A stretch of DNA of 64,000 bases from Burkholderiales bacterium (GTDB taxonomy: Bacteria; Pseudomonadota; Gammaproteobacteria; Burkholderiales; SG8-39): contig JAHDYJ010000012.1 in NCBI GenBank assembly GCA_023383795.1, positions 5,307 through 69,306 on the forward strand, written 5' to 3'. Position 1 is the stretch's first letter; each line of letters starts with the position of its first letter. Of this stretch, positions 28,063 through 41,232 are shown piece by piece. The notes beneath the pieces are model-generated. The model was not told the origin of the DNA. It did no database searches and saw only the letters and a list, made by a program, of their open reading frames with translations. A program made the position numbers and the translations under genes.

Positions 28063-29271
28063 ATGAACGCGCCGCAGAAGCGCCGCGCGAGCTTCGCCGA
28101 GGTGAGCGGCGCGGAGGCGCTCGCGCGCGCGCGCGAGCTCGTCCCGGCGCTGCGCGAGCGCGCCGCGCGCGCGGAGGTCGCGCGCAACATGCTGCCCGAG
28201 ACCGAGGCGGACCTGCACCGCACGGGGCTCTTCCGCATCCTGCAGCCCAAGCGCTACGGCGGCATGGAGCTCGATTACATCTGGCTGATCGACGTGCCGG
28301 CGGAGCTCGCGCGCGGGTGCGCCTCGACCGCCTGGACGGTCGGCAACTACGCGATCCACCACCACATGCTCGCGCAGTACGACGAGCGCGCGCAGGAGGA
28401 GGTCTGGGGGAGCAACCCCGACGCGAAGATCGCCTCCGGCATCGCCTACCCGCAGGGGCGCGCGCGCAAGGTCGACGGCGGCTACGTCATCAGCGGCCAC
28501 TGGAACTTCTCGAGCGGCGTCGTGGGCGCCGACTGGAACATGCTCGCCGTCCTGGTCCGCGACGGCGAGCGCGTGGTCGACCACCGCATGTGCCTCGTGC
28601 CGCCGGCGGACTACGAGATCGTCGACGACTGGCAGGTGCTCGGCATGCGGGCGACGGGCTCGCAGTCGGTGCGGGCGAAGGACGTCTTCGTCCCGGAGCA
28701 CCGGGCGCTCTGCATGTACGCCTGCCGCGGCGGCGCGGGCTTCCCCGGCGCGAAGGTCAACCCCAATCCGATGTTCCGCATCCCGGTCTCGACGCTCGGG
28801 TCGCACTGCCTCGCGCCGGCTGCGCTCGGCAACGCGCAGGCGGCGCTCGAGCTCACCTGCGACGCGGTCAAGGCGCGCAGCACGAACTACACGGCGGCGC
28901 GGATGCGCGATTTCCAGACCGTGCAGCTGCGCGTCGGCGCGGCAGGGGCGCGCATCGAGGCCGCCCGCCTGCTCTTCCGCCAGGACTGCATCGAGGCGCA
29001 GCGCATGGCCGCGGCCGACCACGTTCCCACGGTCGAGGAGAAGCTGCGGATCAAGCGCAACGTCGCGTACGGCGCCCAGCTCTGCACCGAGGCCGTCGAC
29101 CTGCTGCACGCGATGGCGGGCGCGAACGGCATCTACGACACCTATCCGATCCAGCGCGTCTTCCGCGACGCGCATTCGCTGATGGCCCACATCGGCTTCG
29201 CGTTCGACGCCCACGGCTCCGCGTGGGGCCTGGTCGCGCTCGGCGGCGAGTTCGCGAGCCCGACGCTGTAG
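28063..29271 (+). CDS. Flavin-dependent monooxygenase, oxygenase component (HsaA/C2-HpaH-like, acyl-CoA dehydrogenase fold)
   Basis: LARGCASTAW, GHWNFSSGV, DDWQVLGMRATGS, IQRVFRDAH. Confidence 0.88.
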   Translation: MNAPQKRRASFAEVSGAEALARARELVPALRERAARAEVARNMLPETEADLHRTGLFRILQPKRYGGMELDYIWLIDVPAELARGCASTAWTVGNYAIHHHMLAQYDERAQEEVWGSNPDAKIASGIAYPQGRARKVDGGYVISGHWNFSSGVVGADWNMLAVLVRDGERVVDHRMCLVPPADYEIVDDWQVLGMRATGSQSVRAKDVFVPEHRALCMYACRGGAGFPGAKVNPNPMFRIPVSTLGSHCLAPAALGNAQAALELTCDAVKARSTNYTAARMRDFQTVQLRVGAAGARIEAARLLFRQDCIEAQRMAAADHVPTVEEKLRIKRNVAYGAQLCTEAVDLLHAMAGANGIYDTYPIQRVFRDAHSLMAHIGFAFDAHGSAWGLVALGGEFASPTL

Positions 29272-29356
29272 CGAAGGGTCGTGGGCTCGGAGGGGCTCTG
29301 CCCCGCGGGCACCCCAACTCAGGAATAGCGCGTCGCGGCGGTTTATTCCAGGCTGC

Positions 29357-30214
29357 TCAGGCGCGCGCGAGGCTCGCGAGCGCCGCCAGCGCGACGACGA
29401 GGCCGGCGCCCTTGCGGGGCGTGAACCGCTCGCGCAGGAGCACGAAGCCGACGACCGCGGTCACGACGAAGCCCATCTGCGCGACCGGCACGAGCACGCT
29501 CGCCTCGCCGCGCGCGAGCCCTTCGAGCAGCGTGACGAACGCGGTCGAGAGCAGCGTCGCGGCGGCGACGGCGAAGCGCCACGTCGAAGGCACGGGCCGG
29601 ATGGCGCCGTCGATCGATCCGGCGAGCGAGGTGGACATCATCACGACGAGCGAGGCCTGCACGACGAGCAGGCTGGCCGGCGTCGCTCCGGCGCGCAGGC
29701 CGACCTTGTAGAGGAGGTTCGCGATGCCGACAGCCACGGTCGCGACGAGCACACGCACGAGCGAGGCGGCCATGGTCCGCCGCGCGGTCGCGCCGCCGGC
29801 GTCGGCGCCGGCGAGGAGCAGCCAGACCGCCACGAGCGCGAGACCGATGCCGAGCGCCTTGGGCGCGTTCATCGGTTCGCCGAGCACCATCACCGCGAGC
29901 GCGGCGGTGACGGTGAAGCTCAGCCGGAAGATCGGCGCGTTGATGCTGACCGAGCCCAGGCGCAGGCTCTGGGCGAAGTTGTAGAAGCCGGTGAACGCGA
30001 ACACCCCGGCCGCCAGGCCCCAGAGCGAGGCCGCCGTGAAGATCAGCGTGCCGCTGGCGGCGCCGTAGAGCGTGCAGAAGGAGAGGAAAAACCAGGTCTG
30101 CACCATCATGAACTGGTGCGGCGGTACGCCGCTCATCGCCGAGCGCTTGTAGACCAGGTCCGCAAGCCCGTAGCAGACCATGGCGGCGAGGGCGAAGGCG
30201 ATTCCGGGGGTCAT
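29357..30214 (-). CDS. EamA/DMT family transporter
   Basis: About 10 hydrophobic helices in two repeats; VLGEPM and LLRERF motifs. Confidence 0.85.
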   Translation of the reverse strand: MTPGIAFALAAMVCYGLADLVYKRSAMSGVPPHQFMMVQTWFFLSFCTLYGAASGTLIFTAASLWGLAAGVFAFTGFYNFAQSLRLGSVSINAPIFRLSFTVTAALAVMVLGEPMNAPKALGIGLALVAVWLLLAGADAGGATARRTMAASLVRVLVATVAVGIANLLYKVGLRAGATPASLLVVQASLVVMMSTSLAGSIDGAIRPVPSTWRFAVAAATLLSTAFVTLLEGLARGEASVLVPVAQMGFVVTAVVGFVLLRERFTPRKGAGLVVALAALASLARA

Positions 30215-30379
30215 CGTTCGGCGAGGAGACGCGGCGGCAGCCGCGCATCCTAGCAGGGTGCCGGAACGAGGCCCACGGTGTCCGGGTGCGACAGGCGCGG
30301 AACGTGCGGCGCGGACTCGCGGGCGCAGCGCGTATGGCGGCGCGCGGCGGGCGCCGGACCGGCGGCGGTTGCGGACTTC

Positions 30380-30916
30380 TCAGCGCGAGTCTGCCGTGGA
30401 CGCGCGCTCAGCCGCCGTCCCGCCGATCTCGTCCAGGCTGCCCTGCAGGGCGAGGCGATCGAGGTGCTCGAGGCGCAGCGCGGTGAACAGGCCGATACGG
30501 CGGAACAGAAGGTCGTAGGCGACGAAGAACGCCCGGCGGACCGCGGGCGGGTCGCGTTCGACGGCCGCCGGGTCGGGCACGCCCCAGTGTGCGGTCATCG
30601 GCTGGCCCGGCCAGACGGGACACGCTTCACCGCCTGCGTGGTCGCAGACGGTGAGCACGAAATCGAGCGCGGGCGCACCGGGCGCCGCGAACTCGTCCCA
30701 GTTCTTGCTGCGCAGCTCGCCGACGGGGAGGCGCGCCTCGCGCAGCTGATCGATCGCGCTGGGATGGACGCGTCCGGCCGGGTGGCTTCCCGCGCTGAAG
30801 GCGCGGAACCGATCGCCGCCGACGGCGTTCAAGATCGCCTCGGCCATGATCGAGCGCGCGGAGTTCGCGGTGCAGAGGAAGAGCACGTTGTAGCGGCGCG
30901 ACGGCCGGGCGGTCAT
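30380..30916 (-). CDS. arsC: Arsenate reductase, LMW-PTPase family
   Basis: [38 protein letters not shown]. Confidence 0.9.
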   Translation of the reverse strand: MTARPSRRYNVLFLCTANSARSIMAEAILNAVGGDRFRAFSAGSHPAGRVHPSAIDQLREARLPVGELRSKNWDEFAAPGAPALDFVLTVCDHAGGEACPVWPGQPMTAHWGVPDPAAVERDPPAVRRAFFVAYDLLFRRIGLFTALRLEHLDRLALQGSLDEIGGTAAERASTADSR

Positions 30917-30967
30917 GACGGTCTCCGGAGGCGGGCACTGGGAGGCGCCTGAGGCTACTCCGGAAAT

Positions 30968-30985
30968 GTGACGGCTTCGTTGCAC
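30968..30985 (-). promoter_or_regulatory. Putative Pho box facing arsC
   Basis: Minus strand reads GTGCAAC-GAAG-CCGTCAC (two heptamers at 11-bp period). Confidence 0.45.
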
Positions 30986-31009
30986 GCCGCCCCGCGGTTC
31001 CCGCGCCGG

Positions 31010-31027
31010 CTGTCATGGCGGCGTAAC
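31010..31027 (+). promoter_or_regulatory. Pho box upstream of pstS
   Basis: CTGTCAT-GGCG-GCGTAAC matches the CTGTCAT-N4-CTGTCAY consensus, ~80 bp before pstS. Confidence 0.7.
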
Positions 31028-31107
31028 ACTCGACCCCTAGGATGCTCGTCGGTTGCGGAGGGGCATCCTCCGCGCGACGCGCAAGCTTCCTAGAGGAGAG
31101 TCCCAGG

Positions 31108-32103
<996 letters not shown>

Positions 32104-32141
32104 GCCGGCGCCGGCGCGGCTCGGGCGCCGGATCGAACGCG

Positions 32142-32173
32142 GCGCGGGAGGAGAAAGGCCTCTTCTCCCGCGC
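32142..32173 (+). terminator. pstS-pstC intergenic stem-loop (mRNA stabiliser or attenuator)
   Basis: GCGCGGGAGGAG-loop-TCTTCTCCCGCGC; no U-tract. Confidence 0.45.
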
Positions 32174-32206
32174 GGCCGTGCCAACTTCGGGGAGGGCCGA
32201 GAACCG

Positions 32207-33163
32207 ATGGCCAACGCGCATGGAGCAGGCGCCATAGCGACCGGCGGCGCGGCACTGGCCGCCCCGACCCGGTTCGCGCACAGGCGCTCGCGGCACATCA
32301 AGGAGCGGGTCATCGAGGCGCTGCTGTTCCTCAGCGCGTTCTCGGCGGTCGCCACGACCGTCGCGATCGTCGCGGTCCTGCTCTACGAGTCGGCGGCGTT
32401 CTTCGAGCACGTCTCGATCGTCGAGTTCCTGACCGGCACCGAGTGGACGCCGCTGTTCGAGAACGCGAAATACGGCATCCTGCCGCTCGTCGCGGGGACG
32501 CTCGTCACCGCCGGCGTCGGGCTGGCGGTCGCCGTGCCGCTCGGACTGGTCACGGCGATCTATCTCTCCGAGTTCGCGCCGCACCGCGTGCGCGAGACCG
32601 TCAAGCCTTTCCTCGAGCTGCTGGAGGGCGTGCCGACGGTCGTGTACGGGTACTTTGCCCTGCTGTTCGTGACCCCGTTGCTGCAGCGGCTCCTTCCCGG
32701 ACTGCCCGGATTCAACATGCTGAGCGCGGGCATCGTGATCGGCGTCATGATCATCCCCTACGTCAGCTCGGTCTCGGAGGACGCCATGCGCGCGGTGCCG
32801 ATGAGCCTGCGCGAGGGGTCGTACGCGATGGGCGCGACCCGGTTCCAGACCGCAGTCAGGGTCGTACTCCCGGCGGCCGTCTCGGGCGTAGTGGCGGCCT
32901 TCATTCTCGGCATCTCTCGCGCCGTGGGCGAGACGATGGTGGTCGCGATCGCCGCCGGCCAGCAGCCGAACTTCACCCTGGATCCGACCGAGTCGGCGGC
33001 CACCATCACCGCCTACATCGTCCAAGTCGCGCTCGGCGATCTGCCGCACGCGAGCATCGGCTACCAGAGCATCTTCGCGGCCGGTCTGGTGCTGGTCGCG
33101 ATGACGCTCGCATTCAACATCATCGGCCACTATCTGCGCCGGCGGTTCCGCGAGGTCTACTGA
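32207..33163 (+). CDS. pstC: Phosphate ABC permease PstC
   Basis: AIYLSEFA, PTVVYG, SRAVGETMVV. Confidence 0.96.
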   Translation: MANAHGAGAIATGGAALAAPTRFAHRRSRHIKERVIEALLFLSAFSAVATTVAIVAVLLYESAAFFEHVSIVEFLTGTEWTPLFENAKYGILPLVAGTLVTAGVGLAVAVPLGLVTAIYLSEFAPHRVRETVKPFLELLEGVPTVVYGYFALLFVTPLLQRLLPGLPGFNMLSAGIVIGVMIIPYVSSVSEDAMRAVPMSLREGSYAMGATRFQTAVRVVLPAAVSGVVAAFILGISRAVGETMVVAIAAGQQPNFTLDPTESAATITAYIVQVALGDLPHASIGYQSIFAAGLVLVAMTLAFNIIGHYLRRRFREVY

Positions 33164-33164
33164 C

Positions 33165-34100
33165 ATGAGCACGTCACGGGCGGGAGAGGACCTGGCGGCG
33201 CTGCGCGAGCTGATCGGGCGCCACAAGCGGCGCGACGTCATGTTCGGCATCGTCGGCCTCGCCTGCATGATGGTCGGCGTCGTGACGCTGATCGTCCTCT
33301 TCATCGATCTCCTGATCGACGGTGCGCCGCGCTTCTCGTGGGATTTCTTCACCAGCTTCCCGTCGCGCCGCGCCGGCGAGGCGGGCATCCTGTCGGCGTG
33401 GGTCGGCACGCTGCTGGTGATGGCGGTGACCATGGTCGCCGCGGTGCCGCTCGGCGTGGCCGCCGGCATCTATCTCGAGGAGTACGCGCCGAAGAACTGG
33501 GTCACCGATCTGATCGAGATCAACGTGACCAATCTCGCCGGCGTGCCCTCGATCGTGTACGGCCTGCTCGCGCTCGGGCTGTTCGTGTACGCGCTCGGCT
33601 TCGGGCAAAGCGTGCTGTCGGCGGGGCTCACGCTCGCGCTGCTCATCCTGCCGGTGATCATCGTCGCGACCCGCGAGTCGATCCGCGCAATCCCGGGGAG
33701 CATCCGCGAGGCGGCGCACGCGGTCGGCGCGACCAAGTGGCAGGTCACCTACGACCACATCCTGCCATACTCGGTGGGCGGGATCATGACCGGGGTGATC
33801 ATCGGGCTCGCGCGGGCGATCGGCGAGACCGCCCCGATCATCACGATCGGCGCGCTGACCTTCATCGCGTTCCTGCCCGCGGCGCCGGTGCAGGCCGAGT
33901 TCCCGTTCGTGTCCGGCGAATGGCTCTTCGCGCCGTTCACGGTGCTGCCGATCCAGATGTTCAATTGGGTGTCGCGTCCCGACACCGCCTTTCACGCCAA
34001 CGCCGCGGCGACCGGGATCGTGATCATCGTGGCGACGCTGGCGATGAACGCGCTCGCCATCCGGATCCGCTACCGGATCCGTCAGCGCATCAAGTGGTAG
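33165..34100 (+). CDS. pstA: Phosphate ABC permease PstA
   Basis: [27 protein letters not shown]. Confidence 0.96.
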   Translation: MSTSRAGEDLAALRELIGRHKRRDVMFGIVGLACMMVGVVTLIVLFIDLLIDGAPRFSWDFFTSFPSRRAGEAGILSAWVGTLLVMAVTMVAAVPLGVAAGIYLEEYAPKNWVTDLIEINVTNLAGVPSIVYGLLALGLFVYALGFGQSVLSAGLTLALLILPVIIVATRESIRAIPGSIREAAHAVGATKWQVTYDHILPYSVGGIMTGVIIGLARAIGETAPIITIGALTFIAFLPAAPVQAEFPFVSGEWLFAPFTVLPIQMFNWVSRPDTAFHANAAATGIVIIVATLAMNALAIRIRYRIRQRIKW

Positions 34101-34108
34101 GAGGATCC

Positions 34109-34987
34109 ATGTCAAGCGTGCCGTTTTCCATCGGGCCGGCGGCGCAAGCCGCCCCGGTCCGCCCACCCGCGGCGCAGGAGGCCGAGGCCGTAGGCCGCCC
34201 GGCGCCCCGGCCGGCCGCGCCACCGGTGCCGGTGAAGGCCGAGGTGAGGGAACTCGAATTCCACTACGGCGACTTCCAGGGGCTCAAGGGGCTCAGCATG
34301 CCGGTTCACGAGCGGCGCGTGACCGCGCTGATCGGCCCGTCGGGCTGCGGCAAGTCGACGTTCCTGCGCTGCTTCAACCGCATGCACGATCTCTATCCCG
34401 GCAACCGCTACCGGGGTGAGATCCGGCTGCTGCCCGACGGCACCAACCTGCTCGCATCCGCCGTCGACCCGATCGAGGTGCGCATGCGCATCAGCATGGT
34501 GTTCCAGAAGCCGAACCCGTTCCCGAAGTCGATCTACGAGAACGTCGCGTACGGTCTGCGCGTGCGCGGGGAGGGGAACAGGCGCGCGATCGACGACAAG
34601 GTCGAGCAGGCGCTGCGCAGCGCGGCCCTGTGGGATGAGGTGAAAGACCGGCTGCAGGACCTCGCGTTCAACCTTTCGGGCGGCCAGCAGCAGCGCCTCT
34701 GCATCGCCCGCGCGCTCGCGACCGACCCCGAGATCATGCTGTTCGACGAGCCGACCTCCGCACTCGACCCGATCGCCACCGCGAGTATCGAGGAACTGAT
34801 CGCCGACCTGAAGGACAAGCTCACGATCCTGATCGTGACGCACAACATGCAGCAGGCGGCACGCGTGTCGGACTACACGGCGTACATGTACCTCGGCGAG
34901 CTCGTCGAGTTCGATACGACCGAGAGGATCTTCATGCAGCCCAAGCGCAAGGAGACCGAGGACTACATCACCGGCAGGTTCGGCTAG
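34109..34987 (+). CDS. pstB: Phosphate ABC ATPase PstB
   Basis: [38 protein letters not shown]. Confidence 0.97.
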   Translation: MSSVPFSIGPAAQAAPVRPPAAQEAEAVGRPAPRPAAPPVPVKAEVRELEFHYGDFQGLKGLSMPVHERRVTALIGPSGCGKSTFLRCFNRMHDLYPGNRYRGEIRLLPDGTNLLASAVDPIEVRMRISMVFQKPNPFPKSIYENVAYGLRVRGEGNRRAIDDKVEQALRSAALWDEVKDRLQDLAFNLSGGQQQRLCIARALATDPEIMLFDEPTSALDPIATASIEELIADLKDKLTILIVTHNMQQAARVSDYTAYMYLGELVEFDTTERIFMQPKRKETEDYITGRFG

Positions 34988-35026
34988 CGCCGCCGCCACG
35001 CCGATCCGTCGCGGAGGCGCGAGCGA

Positions 35027-35758
35027 ATGTCCGAGATCCTGGAAGGCCACACCGTCAGCCGCTACGACGGGGAGCTCAACACCGCCCATCTCCAGGTGCT
35101 GGAGATGGGCGGCCTCGTCCTCGACCAGTGCCGGCAGGCGCTGGAGGCGCTCAAGACCGGCGACCTGGAGGCGGCACGGCACGTGCTCGCTCGGGAGCGG
35201 CAGGTGGACAGTCTCGAGCTCAAGCTCGACGAGACCGTGTGGTGGGTGGTCGGCCGGCGCGGCCCGGTCGCGCGCGACCTGCGGGCCGTGATGGCGTTCT
35301 CCAAGGCGGTGACCGACTTCGAGCGCATCGGCGACGAGGCGGCGCGGATCGCGCACGCGACGCTCGCCGTCTACGACGACGAGATCCGCCGGCCGAGCCG
35401 CAAGCTGCTGCGCGACGTGCAGACCATGGGCCGGCTCGCGCTCGGGATGCTCGCGGACGCGGTGGCGCTGTACGACACGTTCGAGCTCGCCGGCGCCGAG
35501 GCGCTGGTGCAGCGGCACCACGAGCTCGACGCCGAGTTCCAGTCCAGCCTGCGGCGCCTGTCGACCTTCATCCTCGAGGATGCCCGCAACGTCGGCCACG
35601 CGGTCAACGCGGTCCTGCTGGTCAAGTCGCTCGAGCGGATCGGCGACCATGCGCGCAACCTCGCCGAGTACGTCGTGCACCTCGTGCGCGGCGACGACGG
35701 ACGCCAGGACGCCGTCGGCGACGAGACGGGCGGCGCCGGCACGGCGCGCGCGGCGTAG
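35027..35758 (+). CDS. phoU: Phosphate signalling regulator PhoU
   Basis: PVARDLR, DFERIGD, LERIGDHARN. Confidence 0.93.
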   Translation: MSEILEGHTVSRYDGELNTAHLQVLEMGGLVLDQCRQALEALKTGDLEAARHVLARERQVDSLELKLDETVWWVVGRRGPVARDLRAVMAFSKAVTDFERIGDEAARIAHATLAVYDDEIRRPSRKLLRDVQTMGRLALGMLADAVALYDTFELAGAEALVQRHHELDAEFQSSLRRLSTFILEDARNVGHAVNAVLLVKSLERIGDHARNLAEYVVHLVRGDDGRQDAVGDETGGAGTARAA

Positions 35759-35763
35759 CCCCC

Positions 35764-36645
35764 TCAGCCCGCGCGCTGCACGATCCCCATCAGCTTGTAG
35801 GCGAGCAGCGCCGCGGCGAACTCGTAGGCGTGAAAGCCCGGGATCGGGGCGAACTCCATCACGTCGAACCCGATGATCCGCCGCTGGCGCGCCACCGACT
35901 CGAAGAGCGCCAGCGTCTGGTACCAGCCGAGCCCGCCGGGCACGGGCGTGCCGGTGGCGGGCAGCACCGACGGGTCGATCCCGTCGACGTCCACCGTGAA
36001 GAACACCTTGCCGGGAAACTCCGCCGGCAGCGCGACCGAATCGATGCCGCGCGGCACGAGCTGGTCGGCGTCGACGTAGCCCACGCCGTACTCCGTGCGC
36101 GCGGCGCGCTCCTCCTTGCAGTAGGCGCGGTTGCCGAGCTGGAAGAGCGGGATGCCGGCCTCGACGATCCGCCGCATCACGCTCGCGTGGCTGAGCGGGT
36201 CGCCTTCGTAGCGGTCGCGCAGGTCCGCGTGCGCGTCGATCTGCACGACGCCGAAGTCGCCGATGCCGGCGTCCAGGTAGCCGCGGATCACGCCCCACGT
36301 CACCGTGTGCTCGCCGCCCAGCACGACCGGCAGCCTGCCGAGGCGCAGGATGCGCCCGACCGCCGCCGCGATCGCCTCGATGACGCGCTCGGCCGGGCCG
36401 CTGCAGTCGATCGCGGGCCAGGTGTAGATGCCCTCCGCCCCGGGGTCGCTCGCGCCGTCCCACCGCTCGAGCTGGCCCGAGGCCGCGATGATCGCCGCCG
36501 GACCGCGCGCCGTGCCGCCGCCGTAGGACACGGTCTTCTCGTAGGGCACCGGCAGGACGTGGAAGCGCGCGTCTTCGGGCGCGACGTCGGGGAGCTCGGT
36601 GCCGAGGAAGCGCTCCGCCGCGCGGCCCGCGAGGGATGCGCTCAC
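35764..36645 (-). CDS. speB: Agmatinase (ureohydrolase family)
   Basis: GGEH, DAHADLR, DVDGIDPS..PATGTPVPGG; GTG start overlaps the nspC stop. Confidence 0.9.
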   Translation of the reverse strand: MSASLAGRAAERFLGTELPDVAPEDARFHVLPVPYEKTVSYGGGTARGPAAIIAASGQLERWDGASDPGAEGIYTWPAIDCSGPAERVIEAIAAAVGRILRLGRLPVVLGGEHTVTWGVIRGYLDAGIGDFGVVQIDAHADLRDRYEGDPLSHASVMRRIVEAGIPLFQLGNRAYCKEERAARTEYGVGYVDADQLVPRGIDSVALPAEFPGKVFFTVDVDGIDPSVLPATGTPVPGGLGWYQTLALFESVARQRRIIGFDVMEFAPIPGFHAYEFAAALLAYKLMGIVQRAG

Positions 36646-37808
36646 GAGAGCCGGCCCTTGAAGTCTTCGTAGCCGAACTCTCGCACCACCCGGATGCGGT
36701 CGGTCGCGGAGTTCCAGATCGCGATCGCCGGCAGCGGAACGCCGTTGAACGTGTTCGTCTTCACCATCGTGTAGTGCGCCATGTCCTCGAACACGAGCCG
36801 CCGGCCGACCGCGAGCGGCGCGGCGAACGAGTAGTCGCCGATCACGTCGCCGGCGAGGCAGGTCTGTCCGCCGAGGCGATAGGTGTGCGCATGCGCACCG
36901 GCCTCGCCGGCGTCGATGATGCCCGGCCGGTACGGCATCTCGAGCACGTCCGGCATGTGACAGGTCGCGGAGGTGTCGAGGATCGCGAGCGGCATCCCGT
37001 TCCACGGCAAATCGAGCACCTCGGCGACCAGCACGCCGGCGTGCAGCGCGACCGCCTCGCCGGGCTCCAGGTACACCTGCACCCCGTGGCGCGCCTGGAA
37101 GTCGCTCACCAGCCGGATCAGGCCGTCGACGTCGTAGTCGGGCCGGGTGATGTGGTGCCCGCCGCCGAAGTTGATCCACTGCATGCCCGGGATGAACTCG
37201 CCGAATCCCGCCTCGAACGCAGCGAGCGTGCGCTCGAGGGGCCCCACGTTCTGCTCGCAAAGCGCGTGGAAGTGCAGGCCGCTGATGCCGTCGAGCGCGC
37301 CCCCAGGGAAGCGCGCGCGCGGGATGCCGAGCCGGGAGAACGGCGCGCACGGATCGTAGAGCGGCACCTCGCCCTCCGAGTGCTCGGGATTGACGCGCAG
37401 CCCGAGGCGCAGCCCCGGCCGGCGCTTCGCCGCGGTACGCGCGAGCGGGGCGAACCGCTCCCACTGCGACGGCGAGTTGAACACCACGTGGTCCGAGAGC
37501 TCGAGGACCTCGGCGAGCTCGGGCTCGCTGAAGGCCGCGCAGAACGTGTGCACCTCGCCGCCGAACGCCTCGCGCCCGAGCCGCGCCTCGTGCAGCCCGC
37601 TCGCGCAGGTGCCCTGCAGGTAGCGCATCACGAGCGGCGCCAGGCTCCACATCGAGAACGCCTTCAGCGCGAGCAGGATCTTCGCGCCGGTGGCGCGCTG
37701 CACCCGGTGGAGCACCTGCAGGTTCTCCTCGACCGCCACCTCGTCGACGACGAAGCAGGGCGACGGAACGCGCGCGGGGTCGAGCTTCCGGAAGCGGGCG
37801 GTGCGCAT
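36642..37808 (-). CDS. nspC: Carboxy(nor)spermidine decarboxylase
   Basis: LLALKAFS, YDPCAPFSRLG, GLHFHALCE, NFGGGHH, HMPDVLEMPY, HYTMVKTNTFNG. Confidence 0.95.
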   Translation of the reverse strand: MRTARFRKLDPARVPSPCFVVDEVAVEENLQVLHRVQRATGAKILLALKAFSMWSLAPLVMRYLQGTCASGLHEARLGREAFGGEVHTFCAAFSEPELAEVLELSDHVVFNSPSQWERFAPLARTAAKRRPGLRLGLRVNPEHSEGEVPLYDPCAPFSRLGIPRARFPGGALDGISGLHFHALCEQNVGPLERTLAAFEAGFGEFIPGMQWINFGGGHHITRPDYDVDGLIRLVSDFQARHGVQVYLEPGEAVALHAGVLVAEVLDLPWNGMPLAILDTSATCHMPDVLEMPYRPGIIDAGEAGAHAHTYRLGGQTCLAGDVIGDYSFAAPLAVGRRLVFEDMAHYTMVKTNTFNGVPLPAIAIWNSATDRIRVVREFGYEDFKGRLS

Positions 37809-37837
37809 TGCGGGTGCTGCGGCCGGCGGCGCCGGAC

Positions 37838-39043
37838 TCAGTCCATCGGCTTGTCGAGCGTCGTCACGACCCACGGCAGCCCGTGCCGGTTCATGTCCTC
37901 CATGAACGGGTCGGGATCGAGCTGCTCCATGTTGAAGACGCCCTTGCCGCGCCACTTGCCGGTCAGCATCAGCTTGGCGCCGATCATCGCCGGCACGCCG
38001 GTGGTGTACGAGATCGCCTGCGAGCCGACCTCGCGGTAGCACGCCTCGTGGTCGCAGACGTTGTAGAGGAACGCGATCTTGTCCCTGCCGCCCTGCTTGC
38101 CGCGCACCAGGCAGCCGATGCAGGTCTTGCCCTTGGTCAGCGGTCCGAGGCTCGACGGGTCAGGCAGCAGCGCCTTCAGGAACTGCAGCGGCACGATCTC
38201 GCGCCCCTGGAACATCACCGGCTCGATGCTCGTCATGCCGACGTTCCCGAGCACCTCGAGATGCTTGAGGTAGTTGTCGGAGAAGGTCATCCAAAACCGC
38301 GCCCGCTTCAGCGTCGGGAAGTGCTTCGCGATCGACTCGAGCTCCTCGTGGTAGAGGAGATAGATCTTCTTCGGCCCGATGCCCTCCGGGAAGTCGAACA
38401 TGCGGCTCACCGAGAGCGGATCGGTCTCCTTCCAGGCGCCGTTCTCCCAGTAGCGGCCGCGCGCGGTCACCTCGCGGATGTTGATCTCGGGGTTGAAGTT
38501 CGTCGCGAACGGCTGGCCGTGCTCGCCCGCGTTGCAGTCGATGATGTCCAGCGTCTCGATCGTGTCGAAGTGGTGCTTCGCGAGGTACGCAGTGAACACG
38601 TTGGTCGCGCCCGGATCGAAGCCGCTGCCGAGCAGCGCCATGATCCCGCGGTCGCGGAAGCGCTCGTGGTAGGCCCACTGCCAGCGGTACTCGAACTTCG
38701 CGGTGTCGCGCGGCTCGTAGTTCGCCGTGTCGAGGTAGTCGACGCCGGCCGCGAGGCACGCGTCCATGATCGCCAGATCCTGGTAGGGCAGGGCAACGTT
38801 GACCACCACGCCGGGCTTCACGCGCTCGATGAGCCGCGTCGTCTGCGGCACGTCGTCGGCATCGACCTGCGCGGTCTCGATCTTGCGGCCGGTCCGCTCG
38901 GCGACCTGCGCGGCGATCGCCCGGCATTTCGCCTCGGTCCGGCTCGCGAGCACGATGTCCTCGAACACCTCCGGTACCTGCGCGCACTTGTGCGCGACCA
39001 CCTGGCCGACGCCGCCGGCGCCGACGATCAAGACCTTGGGCAT
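37838..39043 (-). CDS. Carboxy(nor)spermidine dehydrogenase (saccharopine dehydrogenase family)
   Basis: VLIVGAGGVG, NVALPYQDL, DTANYE, GSGFDPG, FATNFNPEIN, QAISYTTGVP. Confidence 0.93.
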   Translation of the reverse strand: MPKVLIVGAGGVGQVVAHKCAQVPEVFEDIVLASRTEAKCRAIAAQVAERTGRKIETAQVDADDVPQTTRLIERVKPGVVVNVALPYQDLAIMDACLAAGVDYLDTANYEPRDTAKFEYRWQWAYHERFRDRGIMALLGSGFDPGATNVFTAYLAKHHFDTIETLDIIDCNAGEHGQPFATNFNPEINIREVTARGRYWENGAWKETDPLSVSRMFDFPEGIGPKKIYLLYHEELESIAKHFPTLKRARFWMTFSDNYLKHLEVLGNVGMTSIEPVMFQGREIVPLQFLKALLPDPSSLGPLTKGKTCIGCLVRGKQGGRDKIAFLYNVCDHEACYREVGSQAISYTTGVPAMIGAKLMLTGKWRGKGVFNMEQLDPDPFMEDMNRHGLPWVVTTLDKPMD

Positions 39044-39159
39044 CGCGATCGCTCTCCTCTGGAAACTGGCGCTTGTGACCCCGGATTGCGGCGAGGGTTC
39101 CGCGCGCCCGACGCGGCGCGTCCGGTGGCCCCGGTGCGCGCGCCGCGGCCGCGCGGCTC

Positions 39160-41091
<1,932 letters not shown>

Positions 41092-41232
41092 TTTCGGTCT
41101 TTCCCTCCTGACGCGGCAAAAGGCGCGCTCGGCACGGGGCGAATGATGCGCGCCGCGGTGCCAAATATCAAGCGCAAATCCATGTCGATGCAGCGAAAAA
41201 GCGCTCCGGCCGCGGCGCGTCGCACCGCGCGC

